Of a stretch of DNA of 64,000 nucleotides, positions 11,701 through 23,097 are shown in pieces. Positions within the stretch are counted from its first letter, which is position 1. The number at the start of each line of letters is the position of its first letter. The position numbers and the translations under genes are program-made. Source of the stretch: Amoebophrya sp. A120 (taxonomy: Eukaryota; Protista; Dinoflagellata); NCBI GenBank assembly GCA_905178155.1, contig CAJINV010000001.1, positions 291,034 through 355,033 on the forward strand. Direction: 5' to 3'. Below the pieces are notes generated by a model. It was not told the DNA's origin and made no database searches. It saw only the letters and a list, made by a program, of their open reading frames with translations.

Positions 11701-12880
11701 CCTTGTCCATATCATCGGCCAAACTTGCCTCCCGGCTAAAATACACCGGCGAGCCCGCAGACGACGGCCCTCCGCCGGTGAACACGGAACTCGGAGCAGG
11801 TGAGCTCCCGAGGCCCATGCGGTGCCCGTATCCACCAGTTTGGTGACCACGTGCTGCGTCGGTGTCGTTGGCGTCCGGAGAATTTACATGATTCTTCAAC
11901 CGCCCATTCTGCATGAAATGCAGCATGTCCCCGAGGTTGCTCGGCCGCGCTCCGCTCGTCTTGTTTGTCGGCGAGCCAAGCAGATTTGCCATGAAGTTCT
12001 CGACTTTGTTCAGTGCGGCGTTCGTGAGTCTTCGCACTGGATTCCTTTTCGTTTCCTCCAAAAATTCGCCAGACAGCATCTTCCCCTGGTACAACATCAC
12101 ACTCCCGGTACTACTGCTGTCCGGTCTCGGTCTGAGCGTGCTGGCACTCTGACTCAGCTGACTGGTGCTGCCACCGGGGGTTGTGACGTCGTCGTCGTCG
12201 TTTTCGAATTGTTCGTCCTGATCGACGTCCTGACTGGTGCGGCGCGGCCGGGTGGAGCTGGTGGCAAGGCCGATATTAGGACCGCCCGCGCGGTAGCTGC
12301 TGTTTTCCAACGTTTGGACCATCACTCCCGCGGCAGCCGTCCCGGGCCCGTAATATTTGCCGGTGAAGTGCTTGGAATTCGACCGCATGTTGCCGGTTTT
12401 CTTCTTCGCGGAGAGCAACTGGCGGAGGTCGGGGCCGCGACATTCCTCCATCAGAACGAAAAGTTTCTCCTCCCACAAATTGAATCGATAGTACTTCACC
12501 ACAAACGCAGACTGGTCACGCAACTTCAGCAGCGCGTTCAAGGTTTTCAGTTGCAGACCCTCGTCGAGAAACAGCATGGTCGGACGTCGCTTCCCCGTGT
12601 TTGGAACGATCTTCACGCACACGGGCGCAGTGGATTGTGAAGAAGAAGATGCAGTAGTACTGTTTGCCAGTGTAGTTGCATCGTTGATGTTGGGCCGTGC
12701 TTGTTTTGGCGGTAGCGGGTGGCACCGGTACACAATGCCAAATGCTCCAAAGCCGACTTTGAAAGACGAGACGGCAAAATCATTCGTGAAATCGCGATAC
12801 AGTTCCGCATACGAGTGCAGTGCGTCAATGGAGCCCGGAACCACTGCTGGCTCGGCCATGCTGAGGTGAGGACTCTGCAC
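8780..12880 (-). CDS. Ser/Thr protein kinase with very large low-complexity inserts (intronless, 1366 aa)
   Basis: GFGAFGIVY, VCVK, LMEECRG, HRDLKIENF, DFGLS, GTLCNLAPE and SDLWALG motifs, in order. Confidence 0.92.
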   Translation of the reverse strand: MQSPHLSMAEPAVVPGSIDALHSYAELYRDFTNDFAVSSFKVGFGAFGIVYRCHPLPPKQARPNINDATTLANSTTASSSSQSTAPVCVKIVPNTGKRRPTMLFLDEGLQLKTLNALLKLRDQSAFVVKYYRFNLWEEKLFVLMEECRGPDLRQLLSAKKKTGNMRSNSKHFTGKYYGPGTAAAGVMVQTLENSSYRAGGPNIGLATSSTRPRRTSQDVDQDEQFENDDDDVTTPGGSTSQLSQSASTLRPRPDSSSTGSVMLYQGKMLSGEFLEETKRNPVRRLTNAALNKVENFMANLLGSPTNKTSGARPSNLGDMLHFMQNGRLKNHVNSPDANDTDAARGHQTGGYGHRMGLGSSPAPSSVFTGGGPSSAGSPVYFSREASLADDMDKDQELVLSVQEMPDPLAKLDTPPKNGVSKGGSRNRSTEPASANQPQLGPRVAGEEQEHVALLQSPPTTAAEDHGTAVQLDLPAADEQEVNTVAPSSTTSRPRPVLDASLTVGGDQNTSSSSSDYMQSSATALGDSANDNSIQFGPRIIQQDLPDSPLNNTLEFAPRAVTAPSGTTMLSGQSSFTAGSDVGLHRDLQSSESLVSPSKFVSLDRDFDAVTGDRNARRRGFRSLETAVSGRGGQNTLLAVQRREDRSFSPTAAGGGAGASRLQAGVDQLAQGAQTTLQASSPETFSASSSSSRSKVLDDDGSRNVLGTSGVNGLGETATGPGVDNSGNSTKFTASPNTAPLAMPMQTAGEVVAVSGLRRQNNLRGEHMMKNGPAEQGMGSVANAGGASSSRTTPGGPPVVSTTNGGADLPAAVSRQTPLPPEQPAALPPPKPGFGAWSDNPTLTFDFLRRCMSMMASAVAAVHAAGILHRDLKIENFRFRDLDLKELVLLDFGLSRLTEVTNHATISKSTAAAVASEEERTHNPVANELASKGAALGKLASSVADTDKNTTTGATPVVHVPAKQDGDHRSLRSISSEPDKREQAFSSVKHPAVVAVVAAAEAGSVPVPSSEQPAKIWEGSSPRNSAPAGDALPAAPSTSGTSSEASALGRLLLRTALGGDAASIGNCVEKEEINKTLDVDKQFVRAKLQSSNDTTVPKSDRADAPTPTDTGQGLVQEQPDTSEKVAPAQEEQDGPQSPKQSVAALPARPITPDKNFQRQRSPEDLRHQNINDKTADQEQGLVGTLCNLAPEILQDRAYSEKSDLWALGTIFYELLVGATPFDVGSYEMLADLHRDPVLWNDDGTIVLGRTRRESRWWKKAGSSAQELVTGLLRIEIAERIASAKAVSEHGFFFDSDERKAALLARKEKGSKVEKGKLLDTSIPVTSSPNASDILYNFPLWSSGSATARGSPDQTDLNRLHFSLSGFG

Positions 12881-15227
12881 GGCGGCTCCACTAACGTGCA
12901 GGATGGGCTAGCGCGACCATGTGATGGATCTAATTCAAACAGCACATCGAGACGGTAGCGGGACATCAAAATCAATGGCGGTGCGTTCTCTCACGCTGTT
13001 CTTAGAAAAAGAAAAACTCGCCGAAAAAGTCCGATGAAACTGACTCTGTCTAAAGTAAGTGAAGAATGACAGGCCAAGAGACGCGCTGCGTGTGCAACAC
13101 GCAAGAGGGCAGACCAAAACCAATTAAGCCTGAACACAGACAATCTCCCGTCACCCCACAACACGGCGCCAACAAATGCAAATCACCCAGCCCCTATTTG
13201 GTTGGCATGGGCACAATCTCCAAGAAGCTGCGCCCAGACAATCCAGGCAACCACCTCCTATGCCGGCCGGTCAGGCGCTAAATCATCGGGCGGCAGGGCG
13301 CCGGCTCCGCCTGTGGCGCTTCGAAGGGGCCGCAGGGCTCCGTGCTTAGCAGGGTGGCGCCAACGCCCGAAGGGCCCGCACGCCACGTGCTCCACGGGGA
13401 GTGGGTGGGAACCAACAACAACCACCGCCCGGCAATCTGCGCCAGCTCGCGTGATCGCGCCCGCCGGGGCAGCCGCTGCGCGCGCGGGCTGTTTAGTGCC
13501 ACTAAATTGGGCGGGCGCCCCTTGCTTGCCCGCCGCGGGCCGGCCCCGGTGCTTCCAAACCAGGCACGCAAGGAAGTTGATCGCCTCCAACAAGTAGGCC
13601 GGCTGCCCCTCTTCGCAGAGGCCTGCCGCTGCGCAGCGCCACGGCGTCGGCCGGGCGGCCGTGAAACAATCGGCCCGGGCCCACGTTCGTTGTAAGTATG
13701 CCGGGCCGGTCCGCGGCGTAGTCGTCGCTGGTCGACAACAAGGGGCCAACGCGCTCCCGCCCGGCGTCTTGCCGTTCAGGCGGCCGCGCGCCGTATCTAC
13801 TCAAGAGAGCAACAGTCGGAAAATGCGAGTCCTTTGCGTCCGATATTCCCGCAGCTGCCGACCCGTTCGGGGACTTGAGTTCCGGCGTCTGCGCAGGGTT
13901 GATGTCCTCGGCGCGCCCCCCCCCGTGGCGTGGCGGGGCAATGCGCGCCGCGTACACCACCCGGCCCACCGCGTCCGCCTTTGCGGTGGCTGCCGCCTGC
14001 GTCGCCGTGTCCGCGGTGACGCTTCCTCTTTACGTCCACAGCCTCCCAGACTCGCCACGGCCCAAGCGCTCCCCCACCTCCGCCATTCTTTCTCCGAAGC
14101 GCCCGAACACCGTGACGCGCTCCGCGGGATTTGTGGCGCCGAACTATTGCAAGCAAATACTTAACCCCGCCAGCCGCTGCTGGTCGTGGCGGAAGCTTGA
14201 AAGGCCACAAACCCACCGCGAAAGCGGGCGCGGCAGGGCGCGAGGCTATGGCGCCGGACTTGGCTCCTTCGCTCGCACATCCCCGCGCGGCGGGCGAGCG
14301 CCTTCCATGGCGGCGAGGCCCTGAAACATGGCGCCGGGCGTCAGGCCCTCACTTCGCCCGAGCGGAAGCACTGGAAGAACTAGCCACGCGACTCGTCCTG
14401 GTCGCGCACGAAGCACGGGCGGCGGCGGAGTTGTTCCGCGAGTTGGTCGAAGCTTTACCCTTTCCGGCCTTCGAGTTGCCTTTTCCGGGTGGCAAAATGC
14501 TGCGAATGACTGACAGAGGGGCCTCAATGGATTGCACTGATGACTGCGCCGGACTTTCGTTTACAAAGCCAAAAGGAACACACTGCAACTGCTTCACACC
14601 GCTCAAAAAAGCAGCCGGTCGAAGTTCCGCATACATTGCCCGGGCACTCGTCTTCAACGGCGCATGTGAATATCGACTAGCTGCAGTGGCATGGGCACAC
14701 AAGCGACACGCTCAAACTCCTGCCAAGTAATCATGTTTGTGTCTGTTGTAGAAGAGCTGACGCCCAACATTGTTTCTCCAATGCAGAAGTGGAAATGAAA
14801 AACTACGCATTCGTCAGTATTACGGAAAATGTGAAAAGCGAGAGAAATGAGAATGTCTTGGCCCATCGATACGAGGAAGGGCAACATTCGAAAGCACACC
14901 GCAGAGCCAGCAACAGACAATTGCAAAGTTGCCCACGCTGGCATCCACGATATCGACTTGATGTGGTGCTTACTCTGCTCCACTGCTACGTCGAATTACG
15001 TAAAAAAGGACTCGTTTCTCGATTATAATTTTCCCTGCCCACTAGTGAATCTTTCTCAAGTTTTAAAAAACAGATGGAAAGTCAAACCTGCCCTCTCCTC
15101 TCTTCCGATACGTTCAACCAAATTGTTCCGGCACAATCCTAATCGTCAATTTTCTGTACTAAAAATTCTACGTCCTCCTGGCACCACGACATCATCTTCA
15201 TCCCCCTTCCAACTACGTCCCTCCTTC

Positions 15228-18200
15228 TCATTTCCCTTTCGCGTGCTTCCCTGCTGGTGTTTGGTGAAACAGTGTGTACTTCGCCGTCAAGCTCTTGTTT
15301 CCGTCCGGGTTGCACATCACCGGCGTCTTCATCGGCAACTTGTCCGACGCGATGTGCACGGGCTTGAAAAAGCCGCCGAACATCTTGATGATAGCCGCCT
15401 CCTGCTTGTCTTCCGCCTTGTCTACCTGTGCTGGGAGATCCGGAATGGCCACCTCCACCAGCACCTTGCTGAAGATGAGAATGTGCTCCCCAACTATATC
15501 GAATGTAAAAATGTCTGGGTCTGGAAAAGTGGAACTTGTAATGCGTGTAATGCATTCCTGGAAAACCTGTGTTGCATGAGCAGCAAAAGAGAGGCTTTCT
15601 TTGTCACGCAAAAAATGCGTGCTAGGCATCAGCAGGCGTCTCAAAAACTTGTCATGCTTGGCTGCCATTGGAAGCGCTTCAATCATGCGCAATTCAGCAT
15701 CACAAGTTTCCAGACCCAGACATTTTTGCATTTGATAAACTAGAAACGCCAGCAACTTGTGCTCGGTTTCCCAGTCCCGGAAGGGCTTCATCGCGAACAC
15801 GCCGAGCCCCGCGTTCACGATCATGGCCATGGTCGCGATGGCGGCGAAAATGCTCTGCCACGCGCCAATGCTTTCCGCGCCGGAAGGGTAGACCCGCTGC
15901 ACGACGTGGAGCTGTCGGTAGGCGATTATGCGGTACTCGATCATGTTGCTGGCCAGGGCGAGCATGGTCAGAATCGGGAGGACGACACTGAAGCAGGTGA
16001 CCTGACAATTTATTTTTGGGAGTGAGTGCTATCGCTTATACGATGCAGACGTGACTGTTCTTCTTACTAGTCTGAACCTGAAGATGAATTGTTCCGGGAC
16101 CGTACGGAGCGAAGAACGGTAAATGAATAATGAAAGGAGAAAAGCCTAAATCTGAGATACCATCGCAAACTGCACGGTGAGTTCCATGTAATCGTTGAGC
16201 ATGTCGGAAGAAACGAAGTCGTCCAACTTCGCTTGCACTTGCAGATAGGTGTAGTTCGCCCCGTCCACTCCCGGCTTCCTCACTTCCTGGTGCACGAGCA
16301 GCCGCGTCATCACGATGCGCTTGATCAGCATTGCGCCCGTGACCGCCATGTGTACAAGAAAGAACGTCGTCAAGCAAGTTTCCAACGCTAGGATGCAGCT
16401 GCCGCCCGGCCCGGAGCACCCTTCTACGTACTCTTTTGCGAACGCGACGTAGAGAAACGGGTACATGGCGTTGAAAAATTTCACCATCACGACTTTGAAA
16501 ACCAGGGAGCTCTGGTACCTCAGGTTTTGTTTCATGGAGTACAGCTACAGTGCCCGTCAAGGAGCGAACAAGTACTTAAACGACCAACACAGACACACAG
16601 ACGTGCCACCACACCATGACATCAGTGACACAAAGCCTTTAAACTAACCTGCTTTCTGTCTTGTGGTTTTCCCTTTCGGTGACTACGACTGCTATTTTTC
16701 CCCAGGCCATGTCGAGCGCCTTCACCTGCATGGTAATGAGTACCGCGCCGAGTTTCGCGCCCATCTTTATCGCGAACTCGCGGTCGTCCGTCATTTTTAT
16801 GATGAAGGCCGTGATTGGGTTATCGCTTGGGTGGTGCACCATCACGTAGCGCACGGACTGGATCACTGCAATACCGCCGATAATGCACGCCAGGAAGGTG
16901 CTCATCACGGAAGCACCCAGAGCGCTCCACCACGTCGCCTTACGGTCGGCGTCGTCTGTTTATTCAGCATCAGGATCAGGACGACGTGCAGGTGCACAAC
17001 TACATGTACATTATGGTACAGATAGCATACGCAAACCAATCAAAAACGTATAAATGTTTCTTGGCGTAAAAATGTCATACCGTGATCTCTATATCCGGAT
17101 CTTATGCTTGCCACGTTGTCGTAGTTTCGCGTGCCCCAGACGGTCGCCTGGATGATAGCTTGTCGATTGTAGTTTTCACAGAACTGCGCGGCCCAGAGCG
17201 CCATGAAGAGGCAGAAGCAGTCTTGGATCATCCTGCAATTTTAGTGTTTCAACATGCAGAAATTTTCTTGTTGCTAAGTACTCAGTAAAGTTGTAGGACA
17301 TCCCACCAGCGGACGAACCAGATTTAAAACAAACATCCAACGTCCGAAGCAACTCTCTTCACCTTTGTGTTTCCATGTCCAGTCCGAAGAAGCGTCGCGC
17401 GAAGAGAATCAAAGCCACCAACGTTGGCACGACCAGTTGCACGGTGTAAAAGCGGAACCAGTGGAAGAAAAAGGCCATTTCCTCGCCGAAGTAGTCCTTG
17501 GCCTCATCGATCCGGTGCGAAGGAAACCGCCAGAAGCTCCACCTGTGCCCAAAATTCGTGACCGGGTCTTCCAGCATTGCCACGTCTTTGTATTTGTGGG
17601 CCACAAACTTTTTGATCATCACCCCGAACCGCTCCATGGCGTTGGTGTCGATAAAATGCCCAATTCGTCGTCGCATCATGCGGAGCTTGTCGATCTCGCG
17701 GAAATCTTCGTAGTACGCATCGTTTTCCAGCTCATACCTTTTTGATGATTCGGAGCCCTTTTTGATTTAGATTATCATACAAACTCAGTCTGTGTGGCTT
17801 CTCATCATTCATCATCAAACGCAAAAAAAAAGAAACGACTCCAGGCAATTATACGTCGTCCAACCCGGCACCGGCACGGGCCCCTGCCCGTCGTTGACGT
17901 GTGGGACCAGCATCTTCCCGTCCTCCCCGACGCTATCTCGAGCGGTGCCTACTGGGTATGCGCTGGCGCGAAGCGCAGCCCGGTATCCCTCCGAGTTTGC
18001 TATCAGCTTTATCAATTCCGATCGGCGATCGGTACCGATGCAGTAAAACAGCTCATCGTTATCCGCACCTGGGAAGTTTTTATTTGAGGTTGAGTCGGCT
18101 TTTCACGGGCTAATTGTCCATCTAGTACTAGAACCATCGAACATGGCATGAAAAAACTCCTGTCAGTACTTAACGTCGTGTTCACTGTGAGGCCGATTCT

Positions 18201-19202
18201 GTTTCCGGTGAGCAAGTCCATTGCGCGCTCCATGATTTTGGTGTGGAACTCCAGCCGGGTCATGTCTTTCTGGAAATCCACGGTCAAGCGGTCCCGGCTG
18301 GTTGGCAATTCGTGCTCGTTGGCCTTGGGTCGCTGGGCTACGAAAATCTCCTTGGCCATGTTCAAACAGTCCTTGGCCTTGTACACGTCGTCCCAGCCGT
18401 ACGCTACCCGGTCGCACTTCGGTAGGTCCGCCTTCGTCTGCGGCTTCGCCTGTTGCCGCAATAGAGCTTTATCGAAAGGAAAAATCCCCCCTCCCCATAT
18501 CAAAACGGAATTTCTGATGCTGGATTTGTGTACACAGATCAGGTTTGTATTGCAGAGAGGCACTGCGGCCAAATCCCCAGGCACGTTAGGGGCGTATAGG
18601 TGTAGTTGTTCAGCATGGCAAGCGGGTCACTTTTAGGGGCAACAGCATGACAGATCGCTTCCATAGTGGGGCGGAAGCTTCTGCCCTTGTCTTCTGGCAA
18701 TACAGATGTGATTTGCGACCTCAAATCAGCAACACAAATTTTCGGAAACATACCATTTCGATATGGGGAGGGGGGATTTTTCCTTACAATAAGCTTCCTC
18801 CGAAGTTTTCAACGGGAAAATCCAGACGTAGTCGCCCAGATATCCAAGAAAAAAACGTTGTAGGTGTAACTTTTTTGGAGGAACAGCATTACAAAGTTGT
18901 CTGGTATGACAGCAAAAACCTGTCATGCGCAGATAGTACTCGAAAACGCCCTTTAGTGGACCCTACGATGCATGCCAAGCATGACAGACGCAATCATCTT
19001 GCATGTTGCGCATCACAAATTTCCACTAACATACAACGTTTTTTCTCTTGGATACCAGGTCGTCGTCGTTCACCACTTCGACCCCCAAAACATTTATCTT
19101 CTCCCGACCGCGCTCGGCTTTCAGCAGCGGCTGGATGTCCCGCTCGTTGCCACTCTGGGAGGGCAGCGGGCTCTTGCCCGCCGGATCCTCCGGGGCCGGC
19201 AT
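15228..19202 (-). CDS. Anoctamin/TMEM16 family channel-scramblase (multi-exon)
   Basis: KDYFGEEMAFFFHW, ERENHKTE, FKVVMVKFFNAMYPFLYVAF, DYMELTVQF, IGAWQSIF and EHIL motifs. Canonical introns plus three introners (A2, B2, G1). Confidence 0.9.
15497..15737. mobile_element. Introner family A (A2), 241 bp
   Basis: Family A TIR; perfect TSD aacta; removal gives LLAFLV|GEHIL. Confidence 0.93.
18470..18791. mobile_element. Introner family B (B2), 322 bp
   Basis: TIR tatcgaaaggaaaaatcccccctccccatatc; perfect TSD agctt; removal gives KTSEEA|LLRQQ. Confidence 0.93.
18841..19054. mobile_element. Introner family G (G1), 214 bp
   Basis: TIR tatccaagaaaaaaacgttgta; TSD ccaga/ccagg; removal gives NDDDLG|DYVWIF. 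Confidence 0.9.
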
Positions 19203-19830
19203 ATGGTCGTGTCAGGTCGGGAAACCTCCTAACGCGGACAAGTAGAAAGAGATCCCTGTGATAGGTGAAGCGGGCTCAAGTTGAGGGGAGAGAGATTTAC
19301 TTTGGTGGAAAACCGAAGTGACACAGGATTTTATCGCTCTTTGTGTAGCAGCTTCTTCTCATACGCGTGGTGGCACTACGTCCTCCTCCTACCTCTTCCT
19401 CACAAAAGTAAGCTCTCAACACCTCTGGACATTGACGATAGATGCCCTGTGTCTTACGTCGCAGCAAGAAACTGCTCCTCACTCCAGCTCCAGTAGCACT
19501 TTCAGTCACCAGCACCCTGTAACAGAAAGAGAAACCAGTACTGAACCTCAAAAACAGTCATCCTTTTCCTTCCCGCCAAGACTGCGCAGTAAAACAAGTG
19601 GACCGTCGTTCCGAAAAACGTACTTAGCCCCCAGGATTTGCTTGAAGGTACTCAGTTACAACCCTCGGGCAAGTGAATGAATGCGAGCAGCTCCTGGACG
19701 AGAGGACCGATGAAGCAGGAAATGGAAACCGGCAACCGCACTGCAATTATGGCGGATACATAGTGTTCATTTACGAAACAGGAGGACCACGCCATCGGCC
19801 GCGGGGGCAGGATGAAGTAGTTCTACTTAG

Positions 19831-20170
19831 ATTCTATGTACTTTCGCACCCTCGTCACTCTATCCTCCGTATTTTTTTGCTTTTACTGTATGGCGTTCTC
19901 AAACGTTACATTCTCAACTGTTACATGAAATTTGTAATGCAAGAATGGCAAAGTGAAAGGGAAAACATTGCGCCTTTTGCATTACAGGTGTGGAGCAGAT
20001 TATAATGCTATCTAGCGCATCGAGAGGTTGTCATGCGGAGAAGGCTTGATCGTGTTAAGAGTGGTAGTGTTTTTGCATGACAAATCATGTAACAGTTGAG
20101 AATGTAACATTTGAGAACGCCATATACTGTCCTCGTCGGATTTCATCACGTTGAAGATTTCAGAGATTGG
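19831..20170 (-). pseudogene. Duplicated Psf3 3' end plus start of UTR (copy 3), carrying introner C1
   Basis: Matches 21941-22300 except for which introner is inserted. Confidence 0.85.
19889..20124. mobile_element. Introner family C (C1), 236 bp
   Basis: TIR tatggcgttctcaaacgttacattctcaactgttaca; perfect TSD tactg. Confidence 0.93.
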
Positions 20171-20510
20171 TTGGCAGCAGGGAATTTGTTGTGGGCCATG
20201 CAAAGCGCAACACCTTTACCCAGCGACACGCCCAACAGCCATCCGGCGGCTGTTCGCTGTAGAGCATGCAAGGAGCCACACTGCGACGGGCGAAAACACG
20301 CAACCGCTGCCGTTTTAAGACGCTGCGCGCCCGCCCACCCTTACTCAGCCGGCGCCAAACATGTGCCCGCCCCCGTGGCTAAAAAGCGCGCGCGGGCACG
20401 CACAACAAAACGACAACGGGGCCGGCCCCGCTCCCGGCGGGCGCAGCTCATGGGCGCGCACGGCTTCCGAGGTTCTGCAAAGAGGGAGGCGGAAGCAAGC
20501 AATTTTATAC

Positions 20511-20690
20511 AAAACCCTGAGAAAGTAGCACAGAAGCTGCGTCTTAGGGTTTAGAAGCAACAAAATTTACACCAAAACCCCGAAGAAGAAAAGCTGCGTC
20601 CTAGGGTTTAGAAGCCACAAACGTTGCACCAAAACCCCGAAGACACACCCAACTTGATAACAAAATCTCAGAAAGTAGCAGAGAAGCTGC
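20511..20690. repeat. Degenerate ~57-bp repeat containing TAGGGTTTAG / AAAACCC telomere-like words
   Basis: aagctgcgtc(t/c)tagggtttagaagc occurs twice; aaaaccc occurs three times. Confidence 0.5.
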
Positions 20691-20974
20691 AGCGAAACCA
20701 ATGCAGCCAGGGGCACCAGGGTGCCGGCAGGTGGGATTCACGAAGTTGATCAAAGATCATCTCTGGCATCATCTAGAAGGACCGGGTCGCAGAAATTAAA
20801 ACTCAAAAGTATGCCTTGTGGTGCACCTGTTGTTCAGTTTTGTCAGAGACAATCATGCCTATGCGACCAATCACAGTTCCGGCGACACCACGTTCACACA
20901 TAAGGAGCTATTCTCCCAGCACATCTAAAGTCCCCTGTTCTCAACTCCCGGGTGGGTAGTTGTTGGGAAAGACT

Positions 20975-21043
20975 CTCGTCACTCTATCCTCCGTATTTTT
21001 TTGCTCTTACTGTCCTCGTCGGATTTCATCACGTTGAATATTT
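20975..21043 (-). pseudogene. Duplicated Psf3 3' end (copy 2), introner-free
   Basis: Encodes IFNVMKSDEDSKSKKIRRIE* with no insertion. Confidence 0.88.
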
Positions 21044-21730
21044 GGTCATCGGCCTCTCCAACCCGTCCATCCGCGGCCGACCAAATCGGACCGAGATCGC
21101 GATCTCGGGACGATTTGGACAACGGCCTCTCCAACCCGTCCATCCGCGGCCGACCAAATCGGCTCGAGACCGCGATCTTGGGACGATTTGGCCATCGGCC
21201 TCTCCAACCCGTCCACCCGCGGCCGACCAAATCGGCTCGAGATCGCGATCTGGGGACGATTTGGTCATCGGCCTCTCCAACCCGTCCACCCGCGGCCGAC
21301 CAAATCGGCTCGAGGCCGCGATCTCGGGACGATTTGGTCAGCAGCCCCACCAAACCGGCTCGAGAACGCGACCTCACGCCGATTTGGTCGCCCTCTCCAA
21401 CCCGGCCCGAAGTGCCAGAGCCAGACGCCCATCCGAACTGACCCGCCGCCCTCCCGCCTCGTCCCCAACCCGGCCCGGCGTGCCGGGCCCCATCGCTTCC
21501 CGACCAAACCGCCACTCCGGGCCGACTTCGGCCGCTCCGACCTCTGGCCCATCCGCGAGCGACCAAACCGGCTCGAGAACGCCTGCGCCCCCCGGCCAAA
21601 TCGGCTCGAGAACGCGTTCTCGGAGCGGCTTGGCCCGCCGTCCTCCTACCTCCTCCCCAACCCGGCCCGGAGTGCCAGAGGCGTCGCCCACGCGATCGCG
21701 TTCGCGCGCCCGTTTGATCCGCGGGAAAGG
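21041..21730. repeat. GC-rich 73-bp tandem repeat, each unit holding a ~45-bp palindrome; decays distally
   Basis: tttgg recurs at 21041, 21114, 21187, 21260 and 21333. Palindrome: ccaaatcg-gaccgagatcgcgatctcggga-cgatttgg. Confidence 0.85.
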
Positions 21731-21967
21731 CGCTGCCACAAAAGCTGCGCCAACCCACGATGGATCGCTGGCCCGCTTTTGTTCTTGCGACCGGCGGGCG
21801 CGAAAGCTGCCAAATATTGCGACCCTGGGGAAAGTTTCAGGGTGTGCACTGCACTGTTCGTGAAATTATCCGAGACGCGAAATACGCACCAAGTACAAAG
21901 AGCTTACGCGGCCGCTTATTTAACAGGTGCCCAAGCTGTAATTCTATGTACTTTCGCACCCTCGACG

Positions 21968-23097
21968 TCACTCTATCCTCCGTATTTTTTTGCTCTTGCT
22001 ATCAAAAGTAAAAATCCCTGGATGTCTGGAAACTTGTGATGCTGGGTGGCGTCTCATGATGAGGCTACAAATCCTGACTCAGCATGACAAGTTTCTGAGC
22101 TCCTAGGTGTTGCCTGTTCTGCATGACAAACTGCGCTTCTGCATCACAGAAAAACGGAGCTCTTAGGTAACGTGCATGACAGATGTAAGAGTCATGCCAG
22201 ACAAGCATGACAAACATGAATTCTTCCAGACCCAGACATTTTTACAGTTGATACTTACTGTCCTCGTCGGATTTCATCACGTTGAATATTTCAGTGATGG
22301 CCAGTTCTGCCTCGCGAATCCCGAAAAACAGGTTTTCCTCCACGTACGTGAGCATTTGCACGTACAATGGATCCACGTGCTCCGCCACGCCCTTGCGCCC
22401 GAGCATGGTGATCGTCGCATTCCATCTTGCTTTCGCGGCGCTGAAGAGCTGGTTGCGCAGCCGCGGCCACGCCATTCGTTCCACATCCAGGGGAAGCTGC
22501 ACGTTGTATCGATGGAACCTGAAAATGAAGTATTAATTTGTATCAGTTACGACAACATGCTGCATTAAGTCTTAGTTCCTCAAAAATCAACGAAGCAACC
22601 AATAACCTATCTATGCCCCACCGCAACTAAGTTCTTGTGACGTAGATGAAAACATATCAATCTATCAATTCACAAACACACTGCTTCTATCTATACACGA
22701 ACGCCATCCTTGACCCGATTTCGAAGTAGAAGGGCGAAAAATTCCGCAGGTGGACTTTGGACGGGTCACTCGCGAGACTGTACACGAGCGAGTCGCAGTA
22801 CTGGTTCGGCGCTTCGAATTGTACTGTCCCCTTGATTTGCCCCGTCGCGGCGTCCGTCTGCGTCAGTCCGATGAGCGCTTGCGCGAGCCAGAAAGGTAGC
22901 TTCAGCTTCGTCCCCGCGGGCAAGGTGAGCTCTTCCGCACTCCCGGTGGTCCGTTGCGCCATGCCGACGCCTTCTAGGAGGTGTGCCGCATGGTACAGAG
23001 GGTGATTCGTTTCGCAGGGAATCAACTCCTCCTCGCTTATTAGCTCCTCCAGATCCCAGTAGTCGCGGCAGGGCGAGTACAAGGAATGCTGCGCCAT
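21968..23097 (-). CDS. PSF3: GINS complex subunit Psf3
   Basis: YWDLEELISEE, GTKLKLPFWLA and LASDPSKVHL..FSPFYFEIG are typical of Psf3. Last exon interrupted by A3. Confidence 0.85.
22000..22253. mobile_element. Introner family A (A3), 254 bp
   Basis: Family A TIR; TSD cttgc/cttac; highly similar to A4 in reverse orientation. Confidence 0.93.

Noticed and set aside
20511-20640. True telomere or telomere-addition site
   Set aside because: Only isolated TAGGGTTTAG words within a longer repeat; no tandem array.
20952-22039. 259-303-aa ORFs over the 73-bp array, one ending in the Psf3 C-terminus
   Set aside because: Open on several frames because of a GC-rich repeat; no domain signal.
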